From the NCBI GenBank assembly GCA_963713045.1, contig CAVQKE010000004.1:928001-992000 (forward strand): a stretch of 64,000 bases of DNA, in the 5' to 3' direction. This DNA comes from an uncultured delta proteobacterium (lineage in GTDB: Bacteria > Myxococcota > Myxococcia > Myxococcales > Myxococcaceae). The translations under genes were made by a program, and so were the position numbers. The notes beneath the pieces were generated by a model. The model made no database searches. It was not told the origin of the DNA and worked only from the letters and a program-made list of their open reading frames with translations. This document shows positions 16,846 through 26,911 of this stretch, piece after piece (position 1 is the stretch's first letter; each line of letters starts with the position of its first letter).

Positions 16846-18137
16846 GTACGCGGCGGGGCGTCCCACCCGTCAGCCTGAGCCACGCCATCGCCGCGGGTGC
16901 AGCCGCCGACGGAGGCCTCTTCGTCCCCGCGCAACTGCCGAGGCTCGCGCCTGACGTCCAGCCTCAGGAGGGCTCGCTGCAGGAATCTGCCCGGATGGTG
17001 CTCGCTCCCTTTTTCGCCGGTGACGCGCTCGAGCCGGAGCTGGAGGCAATTTGCCGCGAAGCCTTCGGCGATGAGATTCCGCTGGTGGCGCTGGGCACGC
17101 CGCGTGACATGGCGCTGCAGCTATTCCACGGCCCCACCGCCGCCTTCAAGGACTTCGGGGCGCGGTTTCTGGCCGCCTGCCTTCGGCGGTTGAGTCCGCC
17201 GCGAGGCGGCCGGCTGACCGTCTTGGTGGCCACCTCCGGAGACACCGGCAGCGCAGTGGCCGCGGCATTCCACCACGCGCCCGCTGTCCACGTCGTTCTG
17301 CTTTACCCAGAGGGCCGGGTCTCCCCTCGCCAGGCGCACCAGCTGGGCTGCTTCGGGGACAACGTCTCAGCGCTGCGGGTGTCCGGCAGTTTCGACGACT
17401 GTCAACGCATGGTGAAGGCGTCCTTCAGGGACGGGGCGCTGCGCGAGCAGCTGCAGCTCACCTCGGCCAACAGCATCAGTCTCGGACGGCTGCTCCCGCA
17501 GATGGCCTTCCATGCGCACGCTGCCTGGACGCACGGGGCACCCCTCAACCTTGTGGTCCCCAGCGGAAACCTGGGCAACGCCTTGGCCGCCGTTTGGGCG
17601 CGGGAGTTGGGCGCGCCGATTGGCGACGTGGTCCTTGCCACCAACGCCAACCGCGTCCTCGTTGACTTCTTCCAGGGAGGAGACTTTCTGCCGCGGCCCA
17701 GCGTTCCAACGCTGGCCACGGCAATGGACGTCGGCGAGCCGAGCAACTTCGAGCGGCTCCGTTGGACGTTCCCGGACGACGCGGTGCTTCGCTCTGGCCT
17801 GACGGCCGTTCCAGTCGAGGACTCGGAAATTCAAGAGACCATCCAGCTCGGCGAACGCCGGCATGGCCAGCTGTTTTGTCCTCACACCGCGACCGCTGTG
17901 CGCGTCCTGGAAAGACTCCGGGCCGCAGGGGACACTCGGCCCTGGGCGGTCGTCGCCACCGCGCATCCCGCCAAGTTTGAAACGGTGGTGGAACCCCTGG
18001 TGGGGCACCGGGTCCCCGTCCCGGAGTCGCTGGCGGCTTTGCTGGCTCGTCCGGCGCACGCCGAGCCGCTGGAGGCGGACCCGGAAGCCCTCCGGAAGTG
18101 GCTGCTGGTCGACGCCGAGCGGACGCCCGAGACTTAG
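16833..18137 (+). CDS. thrC: Threonine synthase
   Basis: LFHGPTAAFKDFG (PLP lysine), ATSGDTG, SANSISLGRL, PSGNLGN, ATAHPAKF. Confidence 0.95.
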   Translation: MHYLSTRRGVPPVSLSHAIAAGAAADGGLFVPAQLPRLAPDVQPQEGSLQESARMVLAPFFAGDALEPELEAICREAFGDEIPLVALGTPRDMALQLFHGPTAAFKDFGARFLAACLRRLSPPRGGRLTVLVATSGDTGSAVAAAFHHAPAVHVVLLYPEGRVSPRQAHQLGCFGDNVSALRVSGSFDDCQRMVKASFRDGALREQLQLTSANSISLGRLLPQMAFHAHAAWTHGAPLNLVVPSGNLGNALAAVWARELGAPIGDVVLATNANRVLVDFFQGGDFLPRPSVPTLATAMDVGEPSNFERLRWTFPDDAVLRSGLTAVPVEDSEIQETIQLGERRHGQLFCPHTATAVRVLERLRAAGDTRPWAVVATAHPAKFETVVEPLVGHRVPVPESLAALLARPAHAEPLEADPEALRKWLLVDAERTPET

Positions 18138-18979
18138 GGCGCTTTGCCGCGCGGCGCGGCCAGCTTGGCCCGCTGTCGGACCACTTCATAAAGGAAGAGA
18201 GCCGCAGCCACCGAGGCGTTGAGGGAGGCCACGCCCGGGGCGACGGGGATGCGCAGGCGAAAGTCCGAATGCCCTAGGACGCCGGGCCGGATGCCTTCCC
18301 CCTCAGCGCCCACGACGAGGGCCAAGGGCCCGTCCAGGGGCGCTTCCCACAGAGGCTTCTCTCCCGCAGGGTCGGCCGCCGCCACCCAGAGGCCGCTCCC
18401 CTTGAGGTCCTCAAGAGCGCGAGAGACGTTGGTGACGCGGGCAATGCGCAGATGCTCCACCGCCCCAGCGGAGGCCTTGGCCACCGCCGCGGTCACGCCG
18501 GCCGCCCGGTCCCGTCCCAGCACCACGCCGTGCGCGCCGAACGCATACGCCGACCGAATGATGGCTCCCAGGTTGTGCGGGTCCTGAATTCCATCCAGGA
18601 CGACCAACAGCGGGGGTTGCTTGGCCGCCCGGGCGAGTGCCAGCAGCTCCTCCAGTCCAGCGTAGGGGTAGGCCCGGAGCTCCGCCACCACTCCCTGGTG
18701 CACGCCGCTCTCCGCCAACTCCAAGAGGTGCTCTCGCGGCACCCTCTCCACACGAACGCCAGCCGCCTCGGCGCGCGCCACCACCTCTTGAGCGTGGCCG
18801 GAGGGTGGCATTCCTTCTGCCACCAGAAGCCGCTCCACTTCGGTAGCGCGCGCACGCAGCGCCTCGAGCACCGGGTGAATGCCGTACACCACCCGCTCTG
18901 CGGCCGTCGCCCGGTGTGCCTCGCGCGAGGGGGGCCGGCGGCGGTCCCGTGCGCCAGGGGGCCCCCCGCGTCTGGCCAT
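18134..18979 (-). CDS. rlmB: 23S rRNA (Gm2251) 2'-O-methyltransferase, TrmH/SpoU family
   Basis: YGIHPVLE, HQGVVA, LDGIQDPHNLGAIIRSA, GAEGEG, SLNASVA. Confidence 0.9.
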   Translation of the reverse strand: MARRGGPPGARDRRRPPSREAHRATAAERVVYGIHPVLEALRARATEVERLLVAEGMPPSGHAQEVVARAEAAGVRVERVPREHLLELAESGVHQGVVAELRAYPYAGLEELLALARAAKQPPLLVVLDGIQDPHNLGAIIRSAYAFGAHGVVLGRDRAAGVTAAVAKASAGAVEHLRIARVTNVSRALEDLKGSGLWVAAADPAGEKPLWEAPLDGPLALVVGAEGEGIRPGVLGHSDFRLRIPVAPGVASLNASVAAALFLYEVVRQRAKLAAPRGKAP

Positions 18980-19419
18980 CAGTCCACCGTCACTGGCAGG
19001 CTGACTGTCCTCTGCTGCCGGCTGCACAGCGTCTCAGTACAGACGAAGAAGGTGAGTTTGGCTTCCACGGCGCCCGGCCCTTTCGAAGAGGCGGTGAGGG
19101 GCACCTCGAAACGTGGGTCGGGCGGCCCAGACGGCTTGGGCAGCGGCTTCGCATCGCTTCGGCTGAGCAGGGCTTTGGCGGGCTCCACCCCGCCCGAGCC
19201 GCTCAGGGCGAGCTTCATCGGTGCATCCTCAGAAATGTGGGCACCGGCAATGGTCCGGATGGAGAGGACGAAGGTGCCAGGCTGCCCGGCCTTGAGGACG
19301 GTGGTGCTGCCTTCGGTGCTGAGGACGTAAAGCGAGGCAACGTCCGGGTCAGTCTGCGGACCGGACGCCACGGCGGCCGGCGCGGCCAGAAGAAGCAGGG
19401 CCAACAAAGCTTTGCGCAT
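18979..19419 (-). CDS. Hypothetical exported protein (beta-sandwich-like, C-terminal CxxxxC)
   Basis: Signal peptide MRKALLALLLLAAPAAVA; FFVCTETLC; TGATG coupling to rlmB. Confidence 0.75.
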   Translation of the reverse strand: MRKALLALLLLAAPAAVASGPQTDPDVASLYVLSTEGSTTVLKAGQPGTFVLSIRTIAGAHISEDAPMKLALSGSGGVEPAKALLSRSDAKPLPKPSGPPDPRFEVPLTASSKGPGAVEAKLTFFVCTETLCSRQQRTVSLPVTVD

Positions 19420-19431
19420 TCTCTTCTCCTA

Positions 19432-20370
19432 TCACCGGACTTGAGCGCGTGGCAGAGGCCGCACCCGCGTCTGGCCCCGGCCTGCCACCGGGGAGCTCTC
19501 GGCCACCAGTGCTTCCACCCGGGCTACCACCTTGGTGGCGAGGTCGAGTCCGGTCGCCCGCTCCATTTCGGCGAGCGCCGGGGAGGCATTCACTTCGAAG
19601 ACCTTCGGCTGCCCTCGCACGTCAATCAAGTCAACGCCCGCCACTTCCAGCCCCACCAGCCGAGCCGTCTTCACCGCGGCACTGCGCTGAGCCTCGGTCA
19701 GCGCCAGCGGCTCCAAGCGCGCTCCGCGGTTGAGGGTATGCGCGAGGCGGTTCATCCTGGGACGCCGGCGGACCGCGGCCACCGCCTCACCTCCCACCAC
19801 CAGCACCCGCACATCGAGACCGCCGCGGCGCGCGTACTGCTGGAGGATGAGGTCTTGGCCGAGCCCGAGGATGGCCTCCAGCGCCGCCTCGAGTGACGCA
19901 AGGCTTTCGCACACCATCACTCCGCGGCGCTCCTGTCCGCGCAAAAGCTTCACCAGGACCGGCACGCCGCCAACCAGTTTCACCATCGCCCGCAGGTCAC
20001 CCGCGCTGCGGGCCATGACCGTGGCCGGGATGTTGACTCCATGGGAGGCCAGCAGCTGCAGGCAGCGCATTTTGTTGCGCGCCCCAGAAATGCCCTGCGT
20101 GCCGTTCAGCAGGGGCACGCCCTGCAGCGCGAATTGGTTCACGACGGCCATCCCATAGGTGGAGATGGACTCGGCGATGCGGGGGATGACCGCATCGGTC
20201 GGTGGCAACCGGCGCCTGCGGTAATAGAGGACGGCTCGGTCGCGGTCGAGGTGCATTTCCACCTGCACCGGGTCGAGCACCTGCACGGCGTGCCCACGGG
20301 CCCGCGCCGCCTCCACCAGACGGGCGGTGGACGCAATGCGTGCCGAGCGCGAGAGGAGGGTCAGCCTCAT
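19432..20370 (-). CDS. RimK-family ATP-grasp ligase
   Basis: DAVIPRI, ARNKMRCLQLL, DVRVLVVGG, GLEVAGVDL, FEVNASP. Confidence 0.88.
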   Translation of the reverse strand: MRLTLLSRSARIASTARLVEAARARGHAVQVLDPVQVEMHLDRDRAVLYYRRRRLPPTDAVIPRIAESISTYGMAVVNQFALQGVPLLNGTQGISGARNKMRCLQLLASHGVNIPATVMARSAGDLRAMVKLVGGVPVLVKLLRGQERRGVMVCESLASLEAALEAILGLGQDLILQQYARRGGLDVRVLVVGGEAVAAVRRRPRMNRLAHTLNRGARLEPLALTEAQRSAAVKTARLVGLEVAGVDLIDVRGQPKVFEVNASPALAEMERATGLDLATKVVARVEALVAESSPVAGRGQTRVRPLPRAQVR

Positions 20371-20439
20371 GGCTGACGCTAGGCACAGCGGGGGTCCGCC
20401 CTGCAAGCTGCCGCTGGGACCTTGAAGGCCCCCTTGGGC

Positions 20440-21744
20440 TTACAGGGGCGTGACGATGCGGATTTGCAGCTGCAGCGGGTTTTCCTTGGTGGAGGCCTGA
20501 ATTTCCGTGCACAGCTGGCCAACAAACACCAGCGTGGGCGCCCCGCCGTCCGCCGGCTGGTAAGACCAAGTGTCCGGTCCGCTGAGGACGGGATTGCCGT
20601 TGACGACGACGCTGATGAGGTCCTGCGTGCTGGGCACAACGGTGAGCGGCACGACGCAGGCGGCGGCACCCACCCCGGCGTAAATTTGGTTGAGCGCGTC
20701 GGCCAGCGACGCCTCATCGGTGGCCTCGTACCACTGCTTGGAGCACAGCCCGGTGCCGAGGTCACAGGGGTTGGTTGGGCCGCAGGACTGGGTCTTGTTG
20801 GGACAAAGCCGAGGGCCAAACCCACCGGCAATGGCCATCTCCTGAAGCGTACTCGCGGCGGAGGCCGCTGCGGTGTCGGCGCCGAAGCCCAGCACCACGG
20901 TGGTGATGTCTAACTTCGACTTGAGCTCCGAGATGACATTGACAGTGGCCACGTCATCCAGGCAGCCAATGCCCGCCGGCTGCGCGTCGAGGCAGTCCTG
21001 GTCCGACTCCAGCGTGCAGACACACGTCGCCGGGTCGAGGGTGTCGTTGCAGTTGGGCAACCCGTCCGTCAAAAGCAGGATGTAAGCGTCGCGGGCGGGG
21101 TCTACCACCGCACCGGGATTGGAGTTGAAGTACTTGAAGCTGTCACCGGTGGGCGTGCCGCCCCCGGTCCCGGTGGGACCCTGGGGGTTGCTGCTCTGCA
21201 CCATGGCCAGGGCAGCGATGCCAGCGTCGGCCAGCTGCTGCAGCGACGCGGTGGAGTCGTCAGCGGTGATGGGAATGGGCGCTTGGATGGCCAAGAGCGG
21301 CTTGCACTGGTTGGCCACCACGGCATCCGGCGGCTGGGGAAAGAAAGCCAAGCCGAACCGGGCCGAGGCGTAGTCACTCGCCATAAACGCCGACACCGTC
21401 GAGCTGAGGGTGCTCCAACGGGTGGGGCAGACGCCTGCGTCACACGGGAAGGCCTTGTCCTGACCGCACACCGCTCCGCCCGGCGCCGTGTAGCAGGCGA
21501 GGTTGGTGGGGTCGACGGGCAGGTCCATCGAGCCCGACTTGTCCACCATCAGCATCAGGTTGGGCTTGAAGGGTGTGACGGTAAGCGTCTTGGTCTGCGT
21601 CGTCTGCCCGAGGGCCAATGGCGTCACTGGCTCGAAGTCATACACCTGGCACCCATTCGTCAAAGCGGCCAGAAGCAGCGCCCCGGCGGCCGCGCCGACG
21701 GGTGCAAAGAGAGGGGAGCGGCGCGAGTTCGAGCGTGAGGGCAT
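20440..21744 (-). CDS. cglB: Adventurous gliding motility lipoprotein CglB (Cys-rich VWA adhesin)
   Basis: Lipobox ..TNGC followed by QVYDFEPVTPLA; MIDAS DKSGS, GGTPT, LLLTDGLPNC; many Cys. Confidence 0.85.
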   Translation of the reverse strand: MPSRSNSRRSPLFAPVGAAAGALLLAALTNGCQVYDFEPVTPLALGQTTQTKTLTVTPFKPNLMLMVDKSGSMDLPVDPTNLACYTAPGGAVCGQDKAFPCDAGVCPTRWSTLSSTVSAFMASDYASARFGLAFFPQPPDAVVANQCKPLLAIQAPIPITADDSTASLQQLADAGIAALAMVQSSNPQGPTGTGGGTPTGDSFKYFNSNPGAVVDPARDAYILLLTDGLPNCNDTLDPATCVCTLESDQDCLDAQPAGIGCLDDVATVNVISELKSKLDITTVVLGFGADTAAASAASTLQEMAIAGGFGPRLCPNKTQSCGPTNPCDLGTGLCSKQWYEATDEASLADALNQIYAGVGAAACVVPLTVVPSTQDLISVVVNGNPVLSGPDTWSYQPADGGAPTLVFVGQLCTEIQASTKENPLQLQIRIVTPL

Positions 21745-21850
21745 GGGCGAACGGGCTCTAGAGCATACTTCCCGGGTGCCACGTCTCGCCATTGCGTGGC
21801 TATCCCACCTCTCCTCCCTTCATCGCCTGTTGGCGGGGCACGCGGGACGT

Positions 21851-22243
21851 CTAGAAGGACAGCAACCGGGCGCCTTCGGTGAGGCGCCAAAGCGCCGGCA
21901 ACCCCATCACTGCGTCCAAGGCCTGCTCTGCTTCGTCGGCGGGCACACCCGCAATCCGCAGCATGGTGTCGCATGCGACGCAGCGAGCACCCAACCCGCG
22001 CGCCTCGGCCAACATCGTCGCGGGTGGTGGTAACCCCAGCCCTTCGGCTCTCGCGCTCTCGACCGCTTCCCGGTCGGACAGCGGACGCCCAAAGTCGCCT
22101 CGGACGAGCTGTCGCAAAGCATCAAAGGCGAAGACGAAGAAGACGTCGTCCCCCAACGCGGCGGCGGTGATTCCCATCGACGCAACCTGGTAGGCCGGCT
22201 GATAGCCGCCGCGCTGAAGGAAGAAGAGCACGCGCCCGGGCAT
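21851..22243 (-). CDS. DsrE/DsrF-like small protein
   Basis: TAAALGDDVFFVFAFDAL..EARGLG..ACDTM pattern. Confidence 0.6.
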   Translation of the reverse strand: MPGRVLFFLQRGGYQPAYQVASMGITAAALGDDVFFVFAFDALRQLVRGDFGRPLSDREAVESARAEGLGLPPPATMLAEARGLGARCVACDTMLRIAGVPADEAEQALDAVMGLPALWRLTEGARLLSF

Positions 22244-22348
22244 AGGGAGTTGTCCCGGCGAAGCAGTGTCCCACACGTGACAACGCCACTGCCAGGGCGC
22301 CAGCAGTCGCATCGAGAACCAAACGGGGCTATGAGGGCCGACGCCTGG

Positions 22349-23041
22349 ATGCGACCCACCGTCCTGCTGTTCGACATTGACGGGACACTTGTCACCACCG
22401 GGGGCGTCGGCCGGCGTGCCCTGGAGATTGCCTTCGAGCGCGTCCATGGCCGCCGGGACGCCTGCTCAGGGTTTCGCCTGGACGGGATGACCGACCGCGC
22501 CATCGTCCGCGGCGGACTCCTGGCCCTCGGACACTCCACCAGTGCGACGTCGATTGACGAAGTCCTCGGCCGTTACCTCGAGGTGCTGGCCGGGGAGGTG
22601 GCCGCCGCGCCCGCCGAAACGTACCGAGTCCATGACGGCATTTGCCAGACGCTCGACGCCGCCGCTGGCCGAGCCAATGTTGCCATTGGCCTGGGCACCG
22701 GAAACATCCGAGAGGGGGCCCGCATCAAGCTCGAACGGGTGGGGCTGTTTCAACGCTTCGGCTTCGGCGGCTTCGGCTGCGATGACGAGGACCGGACCGC
22801 TCTTCTGCGCCGAGGCGCCGAGCGGGGTGCAGCCGCGCTCGGCCGTGGGTTTCACGAAGTCCGCGTTGTCGTCATCGGCGACACGCCGAAGGACGTGCTG
22901 GCTGCCCGCGGCATTGGCGCCGAGTCGGTGGGCGTCGGCACTGGCTTCTTCTCAGCAGCGCAGCTGCAGGGGACCGGTGCCACCTGGGCCTTCCCCTCCC
23001 TCGCCGTTCCTGGCGCGGTGGAGGCGGTGCTCGGCGCTTGA
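22349..23041 (+). CDS. HAD-superfamily hydrolase
   Basis: LLFDIDGTL motif I, TGN motif II, IGDTPKD motif IV. Confidence 0.9.
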   Translation: MRPTVLLFDIDGTLVTTGGVGRRALEIAFERVHGRRDACSGFRLDGMTDRAIVRGGLLALGHSTSATSIDEVLGRYLEVLAGEVAAAPAETYRVHDGICQTLDAAAGRANVAIGLGTGNIREGARIKLERVGLFQRFGFGGFGCDDEDRTALLRRGAERGAAALGRGFHEVRVVVIGDTPKDVLAARGIGAESVGVGTGFFSAAQLQGTGATWAFPSLAVPGAVEAVLGA

Positions 23042-25590
23042 GTCGCCACGGCGCGGCAGCCCTCTCGCTTCCCGTCGACGGACTGTTGCCCAGGCTGGTT
23101 GACGTCCTCCGGGAGTGGCCTGCGGTGGTGCTGCAAGCGGCTCCCGGTGCGGGCAAGACCACCCGAGTTCCGCCCGCCCTGTTGGACGCCGGCTTAGCCG
23201 GAGACGGCGAGGTCTGGGTGCTCGAACCCAGGAGACTGGCCACGCGGCTGGCGGCGGCCCGGGTGGCGGAGGAGCGCGGAGAGGCGCTGGGCGAGACGGT
23301 GGGCTACCAAATTCGCTTCGAGGAGCGCGCCGGCCCGCACACCCGTCTTCGCTACCTCACCGAGGGCGTCCTCGGGCGCCGGCTACTTTCCAACCCGACC
23401 CTCAGCGGGGTGGGCGCAGTGGTGTTGGATGAGTTTCACGAGCGCCACCTCCAGGGAGATTTGGCCCTGGCCTTGCTGCGCCGGCTTCAGCACCAGGGCC
23501 ATCCCCTGAAGCTGGTGGTGATGTCCGCCACCTTGGAGACGCGGCCCTTGGAGGCCTTTCTCGGAGGGAGCCCCCTTCTCGCCTCCGAAGGTCGTCTCTT
23601 CCCGGTGGAGGTGGAGTACCTCGACGCAGTCGACGCACGGCCTCTGGACGTCCAGGTGCTGGCGGCACTGAAGCGCCTTTCCCCAAGGCTTCCCGAGGGA
23701 GACGTCCTCGTCTTTCTTCCGGGGGCCGCCGAAATCCGGCGCGCTCAAGCCGCTTGCGCCGACTTCGCCCAACGGCACGGCTTTGTGGTGCTGCCGCTGC
23801 ACGGTGACTTACCGCTGGCCGACCAGGACCGGGCCGTCCGCCCAGGCGGAGGCCGCAAGCTTCTCCTTTCCACCAATGTGGCGGAGAGCTCGGTCACCAT
23901 TCCCGGCGTGTCAGCCGTCATCGACTCGGGTCTGGCGCGCCTTCCAGCGCATTCCCCATGGTCCGGACTGCCCTCGCTGCAGACGGTGCGCATTAGCCAG
24001 GCCAGTGCCGTCCAGCGCTCCGGGCGCGCCGGGCGGACCCGCGCCGGACGCTCGCTGCGCCTCTTCACCAAGGCGGACTTCGAGGGTCGACCGCGGCACG
24101 AGACACCTGAGATTGCACGCGCCGACCTCTCCGAAACCGTCCTCGCCCTGGCCGCCTCTGGCGTCGCGGACCGCCGCCATTTCCCTTTTTTTCAGGCCCC
24201 GCCGGCCGCTGCACTGGAGGCTGCGGAGCGCCTCCTCTCGGAGTTAGGCGCGCTCGACGCCGGCGGGCAACTGACAGCCCTCGGGAGTCGGATGCTGGAG
24301 TTTCCGCTGCACCCGAGATTGGCCCGGATGGTGGTAGAGGGCGAGCGGCGAGGCGTTGGACGTGCCGCCGCCTTGGCCGCGGCCGTGCTTGGCGAGCGCG
24401 ACGTGCGCCGCTCGGTGCGGACCCAACTGGAGGCTGCGCGCAGCCGCACCGCCCCCACCAGCGCGCGCTCGGACGTGCTGGAGCGGCTGGCGGACTTGGA
24501 CGCGCGGGCGCAGGCGGAGCTCGACCCAGTGGCGGTGGCCGCGGTGCAGCGCGCCGGCCGGCAGCTGGGGCGGGTGGTGGACAGCCGGGTCCCGGCGCCC
24601 CGGACCGAAGCGGCGCGGGAGGACGCGCTGTTGCTCTCGGTGCTGACTGGCTTTCCGGACCGGGTTGGCCGCCGTCGCCGCCCGCACGCCCCGGAGCTCC
24701 TCTTGTCTGCCGGCGGAAGTGCCATTCTCGACGAGGGGAGTGCCGTACGGGAGCCGCAATTGCTGGTGGCCCTCGACGCCGAAGTGCGGACTGGGCCCCG
24801 CGGGCCTGAGACGCGAGTGCGCGTGGCCAGCGAAGTCAAAGAGGAGTGGCTGCTCGACCTCTTCCCCGAGCGCATCCGCGATTCCGAAGTGCTGGTGTGG
24901 AATGCGGCCCAGGCGCGGGTGGACCAGGTGAGCCAGCTGCTGTACGGCGCTCTGGTTCTGGATGAATCCCGGAAGCCGGCCTCGCCCTCGCCAGCCGTCT
25001 CCGCCATTTTGGCCGAGGAATTACGACGGACGGGACTCTCGGGCCTCCTCGACGCCGAGGCGCTCGACACGTGGACCGCGCGCGTTGCACTGCTGGCGCA
25101 GGCTTACCCAGAGGCCGGCGTACAGCTGCCGGTGGAGGACGTCAGCGGACGCCTGGCCGACGCGCTCGCCGAGGGGCGCTCTAGCCTTCAGGACGTCGAC
25201 GCGCCGGCGGCGGAGGCGGCCCTGGAGGCGCTGTTGCCACCCCCAGCCCGGGCGTTGTTGCGCCGTGCATTCCCCCTTTCCGTCACCCTGGCCAGTGGGC
25301 GGCTTCTCAAAGTGCACTACCCACGCGGGGCTCCCCCCTTCGTGGCCTCACGGTTGCAGGACTTTTTCGGGCTGCGCGAAGGACCGCGCCTTGGCGACGG
25401 GCGCGTCCCGCTGGTGCTGCAGCTGCTGGCGCCCAACCAGCGGCCGGTCCAAGTGACGACCGACCTGGTCGGCTTTTGGGAGCGTCACTACCCTGCCCTT
25501 CGCCGGGAGCTCGGACGACGCTACCCACGTCACTCCTGGCCGGAGGACCCAACCCAGGCGGCGCCGCCGCAACGGGGGCCACGACGCTGA
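23038..25590 (+). CDS. hrpB: ATP-dependent RNA helicase HrpB
   Basis: PGAGKTT, DEFHER, MSAT, STNVAESS, QRSGRAGR, C-terminal LLAPNQRPVQVTTDL..FW..YPRHSWPEDP. Confidence 0.93.
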   Translation: MSRHGAAALSLPVDGLLPRLVDVLREWPAVVLQAAPGAGKTTRVPPALLDAGLAGDGEVWVLEPRRLATRLAAARVAEERGEALGETVGYQIRFEERAGPHTRLRYLTEGVLGRRLLSNPTLSGVGAVVLDEFHERHLQGDLALALLRRLQHQGHPLKLVVMSATLETRPLEAFLGGSPLLASEGRLFPVEVEYLDAVDARPLDVQVLAALKRLSPRLPEGDVLVFLPGAAEIRRAQAACADFAQRHGFVVLPLHGDLPLADQDRAVRPGGGRKLLLSTNVAESSVTIPGVSAVIDSGLARLPAHSPWSGLPSLQTVRISQASAVQRSGRAGRTRAGRSLRLFTKADFEGRPRHETPEIARADLSETVLALAASGVADRRHFPFFQAPPAAALEAAERLLSELGALDAGGQLTALGSRMLEFPLHPRLARMVVEGERRGVGRAAALAAAVLGERDVRRSVRTQLEAARSRTAPTSARSDVLERLADLDARAQAELDPVAVAAVQRAGRQLGRVVDSRVPAPRTEAAREDALLLSVLTGFPDRVGRRRRPHAPELLLSAGGSAILDEGSAVREPQLLVALDAEVRTGPRGPETRVRVASEVKEEWLLDLFPERIRDSEVLVWNAAQARVDQVSQLLYGALVLDESRKPASPSPAVSAILAEELRRTGLSGLLDAEALDTWTARVALLAQAYPEAGVQLPVEDVSGRLADALAEGRSSLQDVDAPAAEAALEALLPPPARALLRRAFPLSVTLASGRLLKVHYPRGAPPFVASRLQDFFGLREGPRLGDGRVPLVLQLLAPNQRPVQVTTDLVGFWERHYPALRRELGRRYPRHSWPEDPTQAAPPQRGPRR

Positions 25591-25615
25591 AGCGCTGACT
25601 TACTTCGTTGTCACC

Positions 25616-26911
25616 ATGACACTCGCAGTGTTACATGCCCCGCGGTCAATGACCCGACGAGTTCTTTTCGCCTCCCTCGAAGCGGGCGACGGCCACAACG
25701 TGCTGCGCGACGCCCTCGTTGCATCCCTGCGCCGCGTCGACCCGGAGCACCGAAGGTTTGAGCCAGTCAGCTGGACGAGCGCCGACCGCTCGGTCCAGCG
25801 CTTCTACGCCATCTGCGTGCACCACTTCACCCGGCTGCAAGGCACCGTCTTTAAGTGGACCGGTCAGCGGTGGGCGATGGAGGTGGGCATGTGGCTCACC
25901 CCCACCCTTCAGCACGAGGCGCGGACGCTGCTGCGCGAGTCACGCTGCGACGCCATCGTCTCCACCCACGCGCTGTTTAGCATCATCCTGGCGCGGGCCC
26001 GCGCCCAGCTGGGCATTCGCCTCCCGCTGGTCGGCGCCGTTCCGGACTACGGGGCACCCAGTGACGGGTACTTTCCCCCCAGCCCTGCGATGCAGCCGGA
26101 CTACCTGTTGGTGATGGGAGAGGACACGCTGGCCCACTACCGGGGCGAGGGCGTCAGCGAGGACCGTCTTCACCTCTCGGGCTTTCTCACCCGGGAGGCC
26201 TTCGCCCGGGTGGGCCACCGCATGCGAACCGAGCCCCGGGCCCAAGCTCGGGCTGGGCTGCGGGAGGAGGTGGCTCAGGAGACGCCGAGCTTTTCTTCGT
26301 TCGACCTCAATCGCCCGACGCTCCTTTTCTTGGGCGGCTCGGCCTGGACAGCGAAGACGGAACCCGTGCTGCGGCGGGTGATGGCGGATGGCGCGCTTCG
26401 CAACAGTGTCAACCTGGTGGTGGTGTGCGGGCGAGACCGCCGCTTCTACGAGGCCTTTTCCCCGCACGCCGCGGACGGGGTGCATGTCTTCGGCTACGTC
26501 TCCCCCGCCATCCTGGCCGCGCTGATGGGGCTAGCGGACATTCCGGTGCTGGGCAGCCTGGCGCCGGCAACGCTGCAGGAGTTGCTCGAGACCGAGCTCG
26601 GGCCCCTGTTGCTATTTCACTACATCCCGGGCGCCGAGCGCAGCCACGTGAGCTACATCGAGGCTCAACGCCTCGGCGTGTATGAGCCCGACGCGCCGGC
26701 CATGTTGCAGATTATTCGCGAAGCGGTGGGGATGGCTCGCGTCTCCTCGCGCATCTCCCTGGTCCGCGAGGGCTTCCGGGACCGTGCTCGCGAGCTGCGA
26801 CGCCGGAGCGTGGAGCGGGCGATGGGGCTCCCCAGTTTCTTGTCCCGGGTCTGTGGGCAGCCGCTCCCTCGCCACGCCGCCGCCGACGCCACCTCCAGCC
26901 AACCGCGCTAG
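25616..26911 (+). CDS. GT-B glycosyltransferase, MGDG-synthase/UgtP-like
   Basis: AGDGH, DAIVSTH, VPDY, LLFLGGS, VVCGRD, FGYV, IPGAE pattern. Confidence 0.65.
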   Translation: MTLAVLHAPRSMTRRVLFASLEAGDGHNVLRDALVASLRRVDPEHRRFEPVSWTSADRSVQRFYAICVHHFTRLQGTVFKWTGQRWAMEVGMWLTPTLQHEARTLLRESRCDAIVSTHALFSIILARARAQLGIRLPLVGAVPDYGAPSDGYFPPSPAMQPDYLLVMGEDTLAHYRGEGVSEDRLHLSGFLTREAFARVGHRMRTEPRAQARAGLREEVAQETPSFSSFDLNRPTLLFLGGSAWTAKTEPVLRRVMADGALRNSVNLVVVCGRDRRFYEAFSPHAADGVHVFGYVSPAILAALMGLADIPVLGSLAPATLQELLETELGPLLLFHYIPGAERSHVSYIEAQRLGVYEPDAPAMLQIIREAVGMARVSSRISLVREGFRDRARELRRRSVERAMGLPSFLSRVCGQPLPRHAAADATSSQPR

